NCBI GenBank assembly: GCA_046290465.1
Contig: JBKAGP010000001.1
Span: 1,568,001 to 1,632,000, forward strand
DNA length: 64,000 bases
DNA from: Planctomycetota bacterium
GTDB lineage: Bacteria; Planctomycetota; UBA1135; UBA2386
Direction of reading: 5' to 3'
Within the stretch, counting starts at the first letter, position 1. Each line of letters begins with the position of its first letter. A program made the position numbers and the translations under genes. This document shows positions 20,907 through 29,879 of this stretch, in pieces. A model generated the notes under the pieces. The model was not told where the DNA came from and searched no databases. It was given only the letters and a program-made list of their open reading frames with translations.

Positions 20907-21926
20907 ATGATCACCATCGTGGATGCGCTGAATGTCGCTGCCAACTGGCAGACGCGACAGCCGGATGGCACTCCGGGATCGACGGAACTCACCGCCGCCA
21001 ACGCAACCGGAACATCCTACCTGGGCACCGACCAGACCAGCATGCTGCTGACGGGTTCGACCTCGGCGTTGGACCACAGCATCCGCCGAACCCTGCCCGC
21101 CGTCGATGCTACAGTGTGGCCGGACCTCGCGATCGCAGTCCGCGCCGACCGCGAAGCAACCGGGTCCGATGCATCGCCGTTCTACCTGCGCCTGCGCGTC
21201 GGCAGCGCCGCCGTCGACCTCGACGACCCCGCGAACACCTGGCATCGCTACCTGCCGATCAAGGCCGTTGACACGTGGAACCCACTCCGCCTGTCACTGC
21301 ATGACCTACCGGCGAACATCCGTGACGCCATCACACAGGTCGAGATCACGTGCACGGACGCCAGCCGGGAGTTCGCGTGCCACCTCGACGACCTCAACCT
21401 GGTTCGCGACGAGCTGATCTCCGACGTCGACGCGGCGCTGCACGCCCTGCTGCACAACCAGTTGACCCTCACCGGCCTGGTGCCCGCGCTGGAGCTGGTG
21501 ACCGGCGCCGCGCTGCCCGCGAACCCGCGCCCCGCCTTCGCGATCGCCAACTACAAGTTGGAGTGGAACGAAGAGCGGACCAACCGGCAGCCGTCCTCGA
21601 GCGACTACGTCGACGACGGGTTCCGCCTCCGCCCCGACCGCATCGCCTACGTCGCCCACTATGCGATCCTGGCGCTGGCCGCAACCCGGGCCGAGCAGGC
21701 CGAGATGCTCGACTTCGCGTGCCAGGCCGTTCCGCCGCGCGCCACGCTCGTGGTGAACGACTACCGCGCGGATGCGTGGCACGTGCCAACGCCTTCGTTC
21801 CACGAGACTCCGTGGCCGGCGTTCTATCCGCAGCTCCACGTTGCGGCCATGAACTGGACGGAGATCGGAACCGCAACACCGGTACGTCCTACCCGCAACG
21901 TCCGCATCGAGGCGGAGGCGTTCTAG
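20907..21926 (+). CDS. Pvc16/Afp16 (DUF4255)-like tail terminator/cap with extra N-terminal beta domain
   Basis: LISDVDAALHALL...YVAHYAILALAATRAEQAEMLD; first gene, upstream of sheath. Confidence 0.6.
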   Translation: MITIVDALNVAANWQTRQPDGTPGSTELTAANATGTSYLGTDQTSMLLTGSTSALDHSIRRTLPAVDATVWPDLAIAVRADREATGSDASPFYLRLRVGSAAVDLDDPANTWHRYLPIKAVDTWNPLRLSLHDLPANIRDAITQVEITCTDASREFACHLDDLNLVRDELISDVDAALHALLHNQLTLTGLVPALELVTGAALPANPRPAFAIANYKLEWNEERTNRQPSSSDYVDDGFRLRPDRIAYVAHYAILALAATRAEQAEMLDFACQAVPPRATLVVNDYRADAWHVPTPSFHETPWPAFYPQLHVAAMNWTEIGTATPVRPTRNVRIEAEAF

Positions 21927-21946
21927 CGCGCTCCTGCATCCCACAC

Positions 21947-22327
21947 ATGAGCAAGGACCAACTCGTTCGTTTCCGCAACATGCGCAGGCAACCCGTCGAG
22001 CTCCACTGCCACGATCGCGTACTGGTCGTGCCGCCACTCGGCGAGGTCGAACTGACCGACGAACAGGCCGCGGTCCCGCAGATCGCCTTCCTCATCCGGG
22101 CACGTCACCTGTCCAGCATGGTCGCGAGCTCCACGCCGCCGAAGAAGCCCCCGACCTCCGCCCAGTCGACGCCAGGGCGTGCCGCCACGAAGAAGCCCCG
22201 GAACCGCCGCAAGGCGGAAGCCTCGAAGCCCGCCAAGCCCAACGCGAAAGGCTCTGGGCGCAAGAAGACCACCAAGCCCGAGAAGCCCAAGAAGGGCGCA
22301 GGCCCCAACGCAAGAGCGACTAGCTGA
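21947..22327 (+). CDS. small protein with Lys/Pro/Ala-rich basic tail
   Basis: MSKDQLVRFRN...KKPRNRRKAEASKPAKPNAKGSGRKK. Confidence 0.65.
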   Translation: MSKDQLVRFRNMRRQPVELHCHDRVLVVPPLGEVELTDEQAAVPQIAFLIRARHLSSMVASSTPPKKPPTSAQSTPGRAATKKPRNRRKAEASKPAKPNAKGSGRKKTTKPEKPKKGAGPNARATS

Positions 22328-22387
22328 CTGAGTTCGCGTTCCCGAACGCCCTCGCCCCCACCATTCGAACGCCCAGGAAGCAGAGAC

Positions 22388-24496
22388 ATGACATTCATCG
22401 GTATCAACATCCGCGAGGTCGACGGCTCGGGCTCGCCGACCATCGTTGGTGCAGCAACGTCCATCGCCGGCTTCAACATCCTGACGCAACGGGGCGTGGC
22501 CAACACACCCATCCGCGTGAACAGCTACGAGGAGTTCGCGGAGCGTTTCGGCGGCTACATCGACGGTGCGTTCGGTGCCTATCTACTCCGCGGCTTCTTC
22601 CTGAACGGTGGCGCAACCGCGTATGTCAACCGGGTCGTTTCCAACGACGCCGTAACCGGACACGCCCCCGCCAGCATCACCCTCCAGGACGCGGCCCCGG
22701 CCGATACCCTCGTACTCGAAGCTGGCTACCTGGGACAACCGGACCCCGGCTCGTGGGGCGACCGCCTGCGCGTCGCCGTCACCCACACCGCCACCGCGAC
22801 GACGCGGCTACGCGAAACCGCCGCCGCCACGGTAACGGGAACGGTGGCGCTCGCCGCCGCCACCGACATGAGCGCCTTCGGACCGCTCACCCTTCGGATC
22901 GACGGCGAGACGACCGACACGGTCATCACATTCGAGGCCTCGGACTTTCCGAGCGCCGGCGCCGCCGCGGCAACGCGCGAGGAGATCCGGGATGCGATCA
23001 ACGCGCGTGGCAACCGGGTCGTCGCATCGCTCAACGGCGCCAACAACATCGTGCTGACCTCGACGGGCGAGGTCGCGAGCCTGAGCGGTGGCTGGACTAG
23101 CATCGAAGTGCGGGCGGTAAACGCCGTCCTCGGTTTCGCGGTCGCGCCGGCCGTCTTCGGCACCGCCGCGGTCCCTGCCGGAACGGGCGTTGCCCTGCAC
23201 AGCGTCGAGGGCTTCCAGATCGGAGACGCGATCCGCATTCGCGACACGACCACGCCCGCGAACACGGCCCTGGCGAAGCTGCTGACGGCCAACGAGACCA
23301 CCGGGGCCGTCACCTGGACGACGAACATCGCGGCAATCGCGGGATGGGATCTGCGTGCCATCGTCGTCGAGAACGTGCGCTTCGATCTGGCGATCGGCCT
23401 CGGCGAGCCTGATGGCGTCGTCGAAACGCTCACCGGACTGTCGATGGAGTCGGACATCGCCGACTACGCCGTCGCCCGAATCAACGATCGGATCACCGGG
23501 TCCCGCTACGTGATGGCAACGGACGCGGCCAGCGCCAGCCCGGCCGGTGCGGACCTCCCGGCGGAAACGGCCGGCGAGGTGACGTTCGATCCGGGGCGGG
23601 ACGGAGTGCCGACGGCCCAGGAGTTCATCGGCGACCCGGCGGCGCACACCGGTTTCTCCGCGTTCGACACCTTCGACGTGCAGCTGCTCACCTGCGAACG
23701 CACGGACAGTGGTATCGCACGCGCTGGCATGGACTACTGCGCCAATCGCGGCGACTGCACCTACGTGGGCGCCGTCCCCGAAGGCTATGTCGAGGTCGGC
23801 CAGGCGGGCGCCTACGGCCAGGGTCTGCAGGGCAGCAAGGTCTACGGCGCGCTCTATGGCCCTTGGGTGCGCGTCGTCGATCCGATCGGAGTAGGCGACA
23901 ACCCCGAACGCATCATCCCGCCCGTCGGCCACATCCTCGGCACCTTCGCACGCATCGACACCAACCGCGGCATCTGGAAGGCACCTGCGGGCGACGAGGC
24001 GAATCTGCGCGGCGTGCTCGATGTCACCTACCGGCTCAGCGACGCGGAACACACCGATCTGGTGGAGAACGGCAGCGTCAACGGCATCCGCTGGGTTCCG
24101 CGCTCGGGCATCGTCGTCGATGCGTCGCGAACCCTGAGCACCGATACCCGCTGGCTCTACGTGAACGTGCGACTGCTGTTCAACTTCGTCAAGAGCAGCC
24201 TGCGCGACGGGCTTCGCTGGGTCCGACAGGAACCCAACCGCGACACGCTGTGGAAGACCATCAAGTTCAACAGCGTGACGCCCTTCCTGACCCAGCTGTG
24301 GCGGCAAGGCGCCTTCGGCACCGGATCTCCCGAGGAGGTCTTCACGGTCACCATCGACGCGTCCAACAACCCGCCGTCAGAAGTCGACATCGGCAACCTC
24401 AACGTCGAGGTGCTGTTCTACCCGTCGCGTCCGGCAGAAAAGATCATCATCACCGTGGGGCAGCAGCAGAGCGGTGCGACCGCGACGGAGAGCTGA
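22388..24496 (+). CDS. contractile tail sheath protein
   Basis: GFFLNGGATAYVNRV, ALYGPWV, RGIWKAPAG, YVNVRLL, EPN...LW, YPSRPAEKI. Confidence 0.95.
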   Translation: MTFIGINIREVDGSGSPTIVGAATSIAGFNILTQRGVANTPIRVNSYEEFAERFGGYIDGAFGAYLLRGFFLNGGATAYVNRVVSNDAVTGHAPASITLQDAAPADTLVLEAGYLGQPDPGSWGDRLRVAVTHTATATTRLRETAAATVTGTVALAAATDMSAFGPLTLRIDGETTDTVITFEASDFPSAGAAAATREEIRDAINARGNRVVASLNGANNIVLTSTGEVASLSGGWTSIEVRAVNAVLGFAVAPAVFGTAAVPAGTGVALHSVEGFQIGDAIRIRDTTTPANTALAKLLTANETTGAVTWTTNIAAIAGWDLRAIVVENVRFDLAIGLGEPDGVVETLTGLSMESDIADYAVARINDRITGSRYVMATDAASASPAGADLPAETAGEVTFDPGRDGVPTAQEFIGDPAAHTGFSAFDTFDVQLLTCERTDSGIARAGMDYCANRGDCTYVGAVPEGYVEVGQAGAYGQGLQGSKVYGALYGPWVRVVDPIGVGDNPERIIPPVGHILGTFARIDTNRGIWKAPAGDEANLRGVLDVTYRLSDAEHTDLVENGSVNGIRWVPRSGIVVDASRTLSTDTRWLYVNVRLLFNFVKSSLRDGLRWVRQEPNRDTLWKTIKFNSVTPFLTQLWRQGAFGTGSPEEVFTVTIDASNNPPSEVDIGNLNVEVLFYPSRPAEKIIITVGQQQSGATATES

Positions 24497-24544
24497 CATG
24501 CCCAATCCGTATTCCGTTTCCTAGTCAGCCAAAGGACCAGCGAC

Positions 24545-25015
24545 ATGCCACAAGAAGGCGACATCTGGGCAGGTTATCAAACCAGCGAATTCGTGTTCGT
24601 CATCGACGGGATGGAGAGCCCGGGAGTCACCAAGATTTCGGGGCTGACGGAGTTCAACATCGAGGTCATCGAACAGCCCGACGGCGGCAGCATGACCGTG
24701 CACAAGCTCGCCGGAAACAAGGTGACCTACGACACGTTGACCGTCGAGCGCCGCATGGATGGCAGCCCGGAGGATCAGCGCTTCAAGGACTGGCTCGAAG
24801 AGACCTGGAAGCTCAACCGTGCAACGCAGGGCGGCTCGAACGTTCGCAAGGACGGAATGATCATCAAGCGTCACCGCGGCGAAGACGTACTGACGTTCGC
24901 CTTCTACGGCGCATGGATCAAGTCGTCGAAGTTTTCGGACTTCGAAGCCGGCACCACGAACCTCCTGACCCAAACGCTCGAACTCGAGCACGCCGGCCTC
25001 GAGCGCGTCGCCTGA
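24545..25015 (+). CDS. tail tube protein (gp19/Afp1-like)
   Basis: FVFVIDG...KISGL...KLAGNKVTYDTLTVER...RKDGMI...GAW...LELEHAGLER. Confidence 0.9.
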   Translation: MPQEGDIWAGYQTSEFVFVIDGMESPGVTKISGLTEFNIEVIEQPDGGSMTVHKLAGNKVTYDTLTVERRMDGSPEDQRFKDWLEETWKLNRATQGGSNVRKDGMIIKRHRGEDVLTFAFYGAWIKSSKFSDFEAGTTNLLTQTLELEHAGLERVA

Positions 25016-25064
25016 TCGCGTTCCCTGACCGCCCCCACCGCATTGACCTCGGAGTGAGTTCACC

Positions 25065-25856
25065 ATGACCGCAACTACCCCAAGCATCACGACCAACGCC
25101 CGCGAATACGCGTTCACCCTGCCCATCGGGGTGCAGACCGAAGACGGACAACTGCACCGCGACGGCGCACTTCGCAAGATGAACGGGCACGACGAGGCGA
25201 TCCTCGCCGACCCCCGCTACCAGCGAAACGGCGGCCAGCTCGTGACCGAACTGCTCCATAGCTGCGTGACCGGCATCAGCGGCATCGAGCAACTGACGAA
25301 GTCGACGTTCGCGTCGATGTACTCGGCGGATCGCAACTTCCTGCTGCTCAAGATCCGTAGCTTCACGTTCGGAGCCGAGCTGCAGGCCAACTACACGTGC
25401 CCCTCCTGCGGAAACACGATGCAGGTGTACGAGAACCTCGAAGAGCTGCCCGTTCGCGAGCTCGCGGGTGGCGAACTGCCGGATCGCATCGAGGTCGAAC
25501 TGGTCGATGGCTACGTCGATCGCGACAACAAGACGCACACGCAGCTGGAGCTGCGGCTGCCGACCGGTGCAGACGAACAGGCTGTCGCCGCGCAGATGCG
25601 GAAGAACGCGTCGCTCGGCAAGAACGCGCTGCTCGCGCGCTGCATCGTGCGGTTCAGCGACCTCGAGCAGAAGCGCGTCAAGGCGCTGGGCCCGCGAATC
25701 ATGTCGGACCTGACCATGAGCGACCGGCGCTTGATCGATCGCTCACTCAACGCCGGCGCACCGGGGATCGACCTGATCCGTGATCACGAGTGCGTGCACT
25801 GCGGCCACGAGTTCAAAGCAAGCATGGACATGACCCATTTTTTGGAACTGGAGTAG
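25065..25856 (+). CDS. tail assembly chaperone-like protein (internal duplication, two CxxC)
   Basis: FTLPIG...ADRNFLLLKIR...CPSCG; second half ELVDGY...SDRRLI...CVHCG; follows tube gene. Confidence 0.75.
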   Translation: MTATTPSITTNAREYAFTLPIGVQTEDGQLHRDGALRKMNGHDEAILADPRYQRNGGQLVTELLHSCVTGISGIEQLTKSTFASMYSADRNFLLLKIRSFTFGAELQANYTCPSCGNTMQVYENLEELPVRELAGGELPDRIEVELVDGYVDRDNKTHTQLELRLPTGADEQAVAAQMRKNASLGKNALLARCIVRFSDLEQKRVKALGPRIMSDLTMSDRRLIDRSLNAGAPGIDLIRDHECVHCGHEFKASMDMTHFLELE

Positions 25857-25897
25857 GTGAGGAAGGCCTCCAGGAGGAGGTCTTCTTCCTCGCTTAT
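25838..25897 (+). promoter_or_regulatory. programmed -1 frameshift signal (T TTT TTG + hairpin)
   Basis: In-frame heptamer 25838-25844; stem-loop 25853-25897. Confidence 0.75.
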
Positions 25898-26023
25898 CAC
25901 CTCCACTGGTCGTGGTCCGAAGTCATGGCGTTGACCAGCGGCGATCGCCGTCGCTACGTCGACCTGCTCGTCAAGCAGATCGAGCGGGAGAACGCCCAGA
26001 TCGAGGCCGCCGGAAAACGTTGA
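25838..26023 (+). CDS. DUF6760-like chaperone extension, probably expressed by -1 frameshift
   Basis: EEVFFLAYHLHWSWSEVMAL..DRRRYV in the -1 frame, no good start of its own. Confidence 0.7.
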   Translation, partial: FFGTGVGEEGLQEEVFFLAYHLHWSWSEVMALTSGDRRRYVDLLVKQIERENAQIEAAGKR

Positions 26024-26026
26024 TCG

Positions 26027-27853
26027 ATGCCCTTTGCTCTCCTTCTGCAGAAAGCGCTCGAACCGCTCGTCAAGGGCAGTCGTGCGCTTACGCCGTGGGT
26101 TGAGCTCGTCTGGACCGAGGCGCTGCTGATCCGGCGAGCACGCAGCGCGTTCCTGGTGCACTGGTTCGGGGAACGCCTGCCGCTAGCCGGCTCCTCGATC
26201 CGCATCACCATCGCCAACCTGCCCGCGTTGGCGACTCGCTATCGCGAGGTGCTTGCCGGCTCGCGCTTCCGTGCCGAGAGCCCGAGCCTCGCCGAACCTC
26301 TTGCCGGGCTAGCCGGCAACCTGGCCGGCACGATCCTGTCTCCCGGCGGTGCAATCGCCTTCGCGTTTGCTGCCGTCCGCTTCCTGTGGCGAGGCGGTGG
26401 CGCGCTGGTCACCATCCTGCAGGTGCTCGCCGGCCTGATCGCAGGGCCGGTCCTCACGACCGTGGGCCTCGTCGGCGGCGCGCTCGCTCCTCTGGGCGGC
26501 TTGATCGGTATCTCAGTCAGCGCCTCCCGGAATCCGGTCCTCATGGAGCTGTCCCGGCTGCTCGAGTCCTCGGCGAGGATGATCCCGGCGCTCAACGGGC
26601 TCATCGACCAGTTGCTCGGACCGCGTTCCGGTGTTCGCAATCCGCTCCTGCGGCGGCTGCTCAAGGTCTTCGACAGCGTGGCTGGCCTGCTCGCGCAGGC
26701 CATGGGCGCCGTCGCGATCATCGTGACGCGACTCGGGCCACTGATCATCCCCTGGACGGCCCAGGTCCTGGCGTTCAGGCGCCTGTTCCAGGCTGTCGCC
26801 GACCTGATCGGCGAGATGATCACCTCGGCGGTAGCTCGCGTGCAATCGCTCCTGCAGGGCAAGTCGCCGCTCTACGTCCTCCGCTTCTACTTCGACATCC
26901 TGGCCGCGATCGAACGCGCCCTGCCGCGCATGTTCGTGCACGTAGCGCGGCTCCTGATCCGCGCGACGGCGCTACTGCTGATCGACGTCCTGCGCTATCT
27001 GGCGAATTTCTCGACGTGGATCAACGGGATGCGCAAGCACGTGCTCGGCCATTTCCTCAACCACTACGTACTGCGGCAGATCCTGGCAGCGGTTGAGCAG
27101 ATTCAGAACATCATCAGCGTCTTCGGGCCACTGGTGAGTTCCAGCCCCAGCCCTCCGAGCAGCGGCAGCTCGTTGCCGAGCGTGCCGCTGGCGCCACCGC
27201 CACCGCGGGCGCCTCAGCTGCCGACGGTCAAGCAGGTGCGCAGCCAAGCCGGCGGCGCCCCACCGTTCGAACTGACGGCCGAGGCCATCGACAAGGTGGC
27301 CAATTTGATCCCGCCGGGCATCATCATGTCGCTGTTCAGATTCGACGCCGACACCGAGAAGCGCATTGAGCAGATGCGGCTCGCACCGCCGAGCATCTTC
27401 GGTCGCGAGCGTGCGCGGATCCGCCGCGAACTGGCGGCCCGCGGACGCGGCCCGACGACCGGCGACGCGTTCAAGCAGATCCGTCGCGAGGAGATCCGCC
27501 TCCGGCAGCTGCTGTTCCACGTTGTCGGAACGATCCTCCCGCCGCGCCTCCGGGCCCAGCACTTCCCGCCGCTGCTCGAGGCCTTCCGCGACATCGAGCA
27601 CTACGTCTACGAAGGCCGGCGCGGCCCGCGCCCCGCGACCCCGAAGCCCGACCGCTTTCCGGTTCGCGAACTGCCCAACAACGGCCTGCTGTTCCCGGCC
27701 GTGGACACGTTGACCATCGAAGCGGTCGGGTGGGAACGCGACGAGGTCGAGACGTTCCGCGACCAGCTTGTCCGGTCCCTGGGCCGGGCCCCCTATTCGC
27801 CCGATGGCGACCGCTCCTCATCGTCCTCCCCCAGCCCCTTGTCCCTCGCCTGA
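26027..27853 (+). CDS. long helical hydrophobic protein 1 (tape-measure position)
   Basis: 608 aa, Leu/Ala/Arg-rich, Gly-rich hydrophobic segment, C-terminal VDTLTIEA. Confidence 0.7.
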   Translation: MPFALLLQKALEPLVKGSRALTPWVELVWTEALLIRRARSAFLVHWFGERLPLAGSSIRITIANLPALATRYREVLAGSRFRAESPSLAEPLAGLAGNLAGTILSPGGAIAFAFAAVRFLWRGGGALVTILQVLAGLIAGPVLTTVGLVGGALAPLGGLIGISVSASRNPVLMELSRLLESSARMIPALNGLIDQLLGPRSGVRNPLLRRLLKVFDSVAGLLAQAMGAVAIIVTRLGPLIIPWTAQVLAFRRLFQAVADLIGEMITSAVARVQSLLQGKSPLYVLRFYFDILAAIERALPRMFVHVARLLIRATALLLIDVLRYLANFSTWINGMRKHVLGHFLNHYVLRQILAAVEQIQNIISVFGPLVSSSPSPPSSGSSLPSVPLAPPPPRAPQLPTVKQVRSQAGGAPPFELTAEAIDKVANLIPPGIIMSLFRFDADTEKRIEQMRLAPPSIFGRERARIRRELAARGRGPTTGDAFKQIRREEIRLRQLLFHVVGTILPPRLRAQHFPPLLEAFRDIEHYVYEGRRGPRPATPKPDRFPVRELPNNGLLFPAVDTLTIEAVGWERDEVETFRDQLVRSLGRAPYSPDGDRSSSSSPSPLSLA

Positions 27854-27859
27854 TTCGTC

Positions 27860-29878
27860 ATGCCGCTCGATCTCACGGCAGCCGTAGCAGCCTTCGCCGA
27901 CCGCTTCGCCCTGCAGCGACGCGGGATCGCGGATGCGTTCAAGGTGATCGAGAAGTGGCTGAAGGCGCGCAAGAAGCAGGCGGAGGCCCTCGAACTGGCC
28001 AGCCGCCGGTACCCGGCGATCGACTTTCACTTCGGCGGTCAGGTCATGCTGCGCCTCGACCGCAGCCAGCACCGGACCCTGGCCCGAGGAGAGCCGAGCG
28101 ACTTCGTGCGATCCCTGGAACGCGGCGGACGGGAGTTTGTCGACGGCATCGCCTACGTCGGACGCGCGGCGAGCCAGGAGTGGCTGCTACCCAACCTCGC
28201 GACGCGGCTACGAAGGATCTCCGACCTGGTGGTTGCCTCGATGGCCCGCTTCGCCACCAGCCGACTGGCCAGCGACACCTTCGACCCCGATCGCCGCACG
28301 GCATCGGACAGCATCGGGCTCGCCGCCCGCGGCTGGCGCGCGCTCGCGGAGAGCAATCGCCAGCTGCAGCTGTTCGTCGTTCGCCTGCACCTAGCCAAGT
28401 TCCTCGTCCAGCTCGACGAGACGCCGCAGGAAGAGCTGGAGCGCAAGAAGCGCGCGGCGTCCTCTCCCCCCAAACCATCCGTGAGCTTCGCCGACCGGCT
28501 CGGCGAAGCAGCGCGCTACCTGACGGCGGGCGTGTTGCTGCTGCCGATCCTGCCGCAGTACCTGCAGCGGCTGTTCGAGGCAGTCTGGCTGCGTGGCCGG
28601 CTGACCTTGCTCGACGAGTTCGCGGGATACGAACGGCGGGTCTTCCGCTTCCGTACCCGGATCGTCGACACGCTCTTCCGGGAACTGCCCAAACTGGCCA
28701 CCAAGGCCTTCCGCTTCGTGCTCGCCGCGAAGTTCGTTATCAGCTCGAACCTCGACTACTTCGTTTCGTTCGCGCGCATTTACGGCTCGGTCGTGCTGCG
28801 AGAGGTCCGCCGGTTCTCGCACGAGCTGCAGCAGTACCTCGAGTTCTTCCGCTCCCTGGTCGAAACCACGCGCCGGATCCTCGAGCGGGTGATGAACTTC
28901 GACCTGATGCCGTTCCTGATCGCGCCGCTCGGTCTGCCGGGCGCCATCCTGCACGCACTCGGCCACATACCCAGACTCACCATTGGGGATCTGGTCGACA
29001 CCGCCGGCCACATCGTGCGAATCCGAGCCCGCGACAGCCTGACGAACTTCATCATGGCGGTGCGCATCGCCATGCTCGCCGGCGGCCTCGCAACCCAGCA
29101 GCTGTATTGGCGGCACGTCAAGGCCAAGCTCGACCTGCTGCAGGCCATCGTCAGCATCCTGTTCCAGGCGCCGGCGCCGTACCCGGCGGAAACGCGCCGG
29201 CCCAGGCTTCCGAATCGATTCCCCAACCTGTTCAACGCTTTCTTCGGGCCGGCCGGCCGTTCGTTCGTGCGCCACATGGAGGCGATGGGACGCGGTCTCG
29301 CGGCGTCGGTCGGGACCACGCTACGCGCCGGGGAACGGGTGCTGCGCGACCTCGCGCTGCTGTTCGACCACCAGGCCGTAGTCGCCTCGCTGCTCGTCGA
29401 CCCGGCTGTACTGCGTGCGTTGGATTCACGCAGCGCCGCCACGAGCGATCGGCTGTTCGGGGACCAGATCCGGGAGCTGCGCCAACGTGTCGCCACCGCC
29501 AGAGGCGACACGGTCGCCGGCAGCTTCGAACGTTGGCTCGTGAGCAGCGGGTTCGAGATGGTCGCCGCCGCCATCCCGGTCTACCTGAGTGAGATGCAGC
29601 GGTTCTGGCGCCGCGAGGCCGCCGTCGGTGCGGAACCGACCGTCGAACTGTCGGAGCTCGAACGCATGCAGCCGGTGGCCCGGCAACGGCTCGCCCGCCG
29701 CCTCGGTCTCGGCCGCGTGCGACTGGATGCCGTGACCATCGACGCCCAGGACCGCGAGCTCAGCAGTGACCTGGTCGCGCGCATTACGGACCGATTCCAA
29801 ACCGTCATCCGCACTGCATACCGAGTAGGCCGCGCGCGCCTGCTCTCCGTGCAGGGCAACCAGGCAGGAGCGACCTAG
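27860..29878 (+). CDS. long helical protein 2 (tape-measure position)
   Basis: 672 aa; FERWLVSSG motif; C-terminal LDAVTIDA. Confidence 0.7.
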   Translation: MPLDLTAAVAAFADRFALQRRGIADAFKVIEKWLKARKKQAEALELASRRYPAIDFHFGGQVMLRLDRSQHRTLARGEPSDFVRSLERGGREFVDGIAYVGRAASQEWLLPNLATRLRRISDLVVASMARFATSRLASDTFDPDRRTASDSIGLAARGWRALAESNRQLQLFVVRLHLAKFLVQLDETPQEELERKKRAASSPPKPSVSFADRLGEAARYLTAGVLLLPILPQYLQRLFEAVWLRGRLTLLDEFAGYERRVFRFRTRIVDTLFRELPKLATKAFRFVLAAKFVISSNLDYFVSFARIYGSVVLREVRRFSHELQQYLEFFRSLVETTRRILERVMNFDLMPFLIAPLGLPGAILHALGHIPRLTIGDLVDTAGHIVRIRARDSLTNFIMAVRIAMLAGGLATQQLYWRHVKAKLDLLQAIVSILFQAPAPYPAETRRPRLPNRFPNLFNAFFGPAGRSFVRHMEAMGRGLAASVGTTLRAGERVLRDLALLFDHQAVVASLLVDPAVLRALDSRSAATSDRLFGDQIRELRQRVATARGDTVAGSFERWLVSSGFEMVAAAIPVYLSEMQRFWRREAAVGAEPTVELSELERMQPVARQRLARRLGLGRVRLDAVTIDAQDRELSSDLVARITDRFQTVIRTAYRVGRARLLSVQGNQAGAT

Positions 29879-29879
29879 C

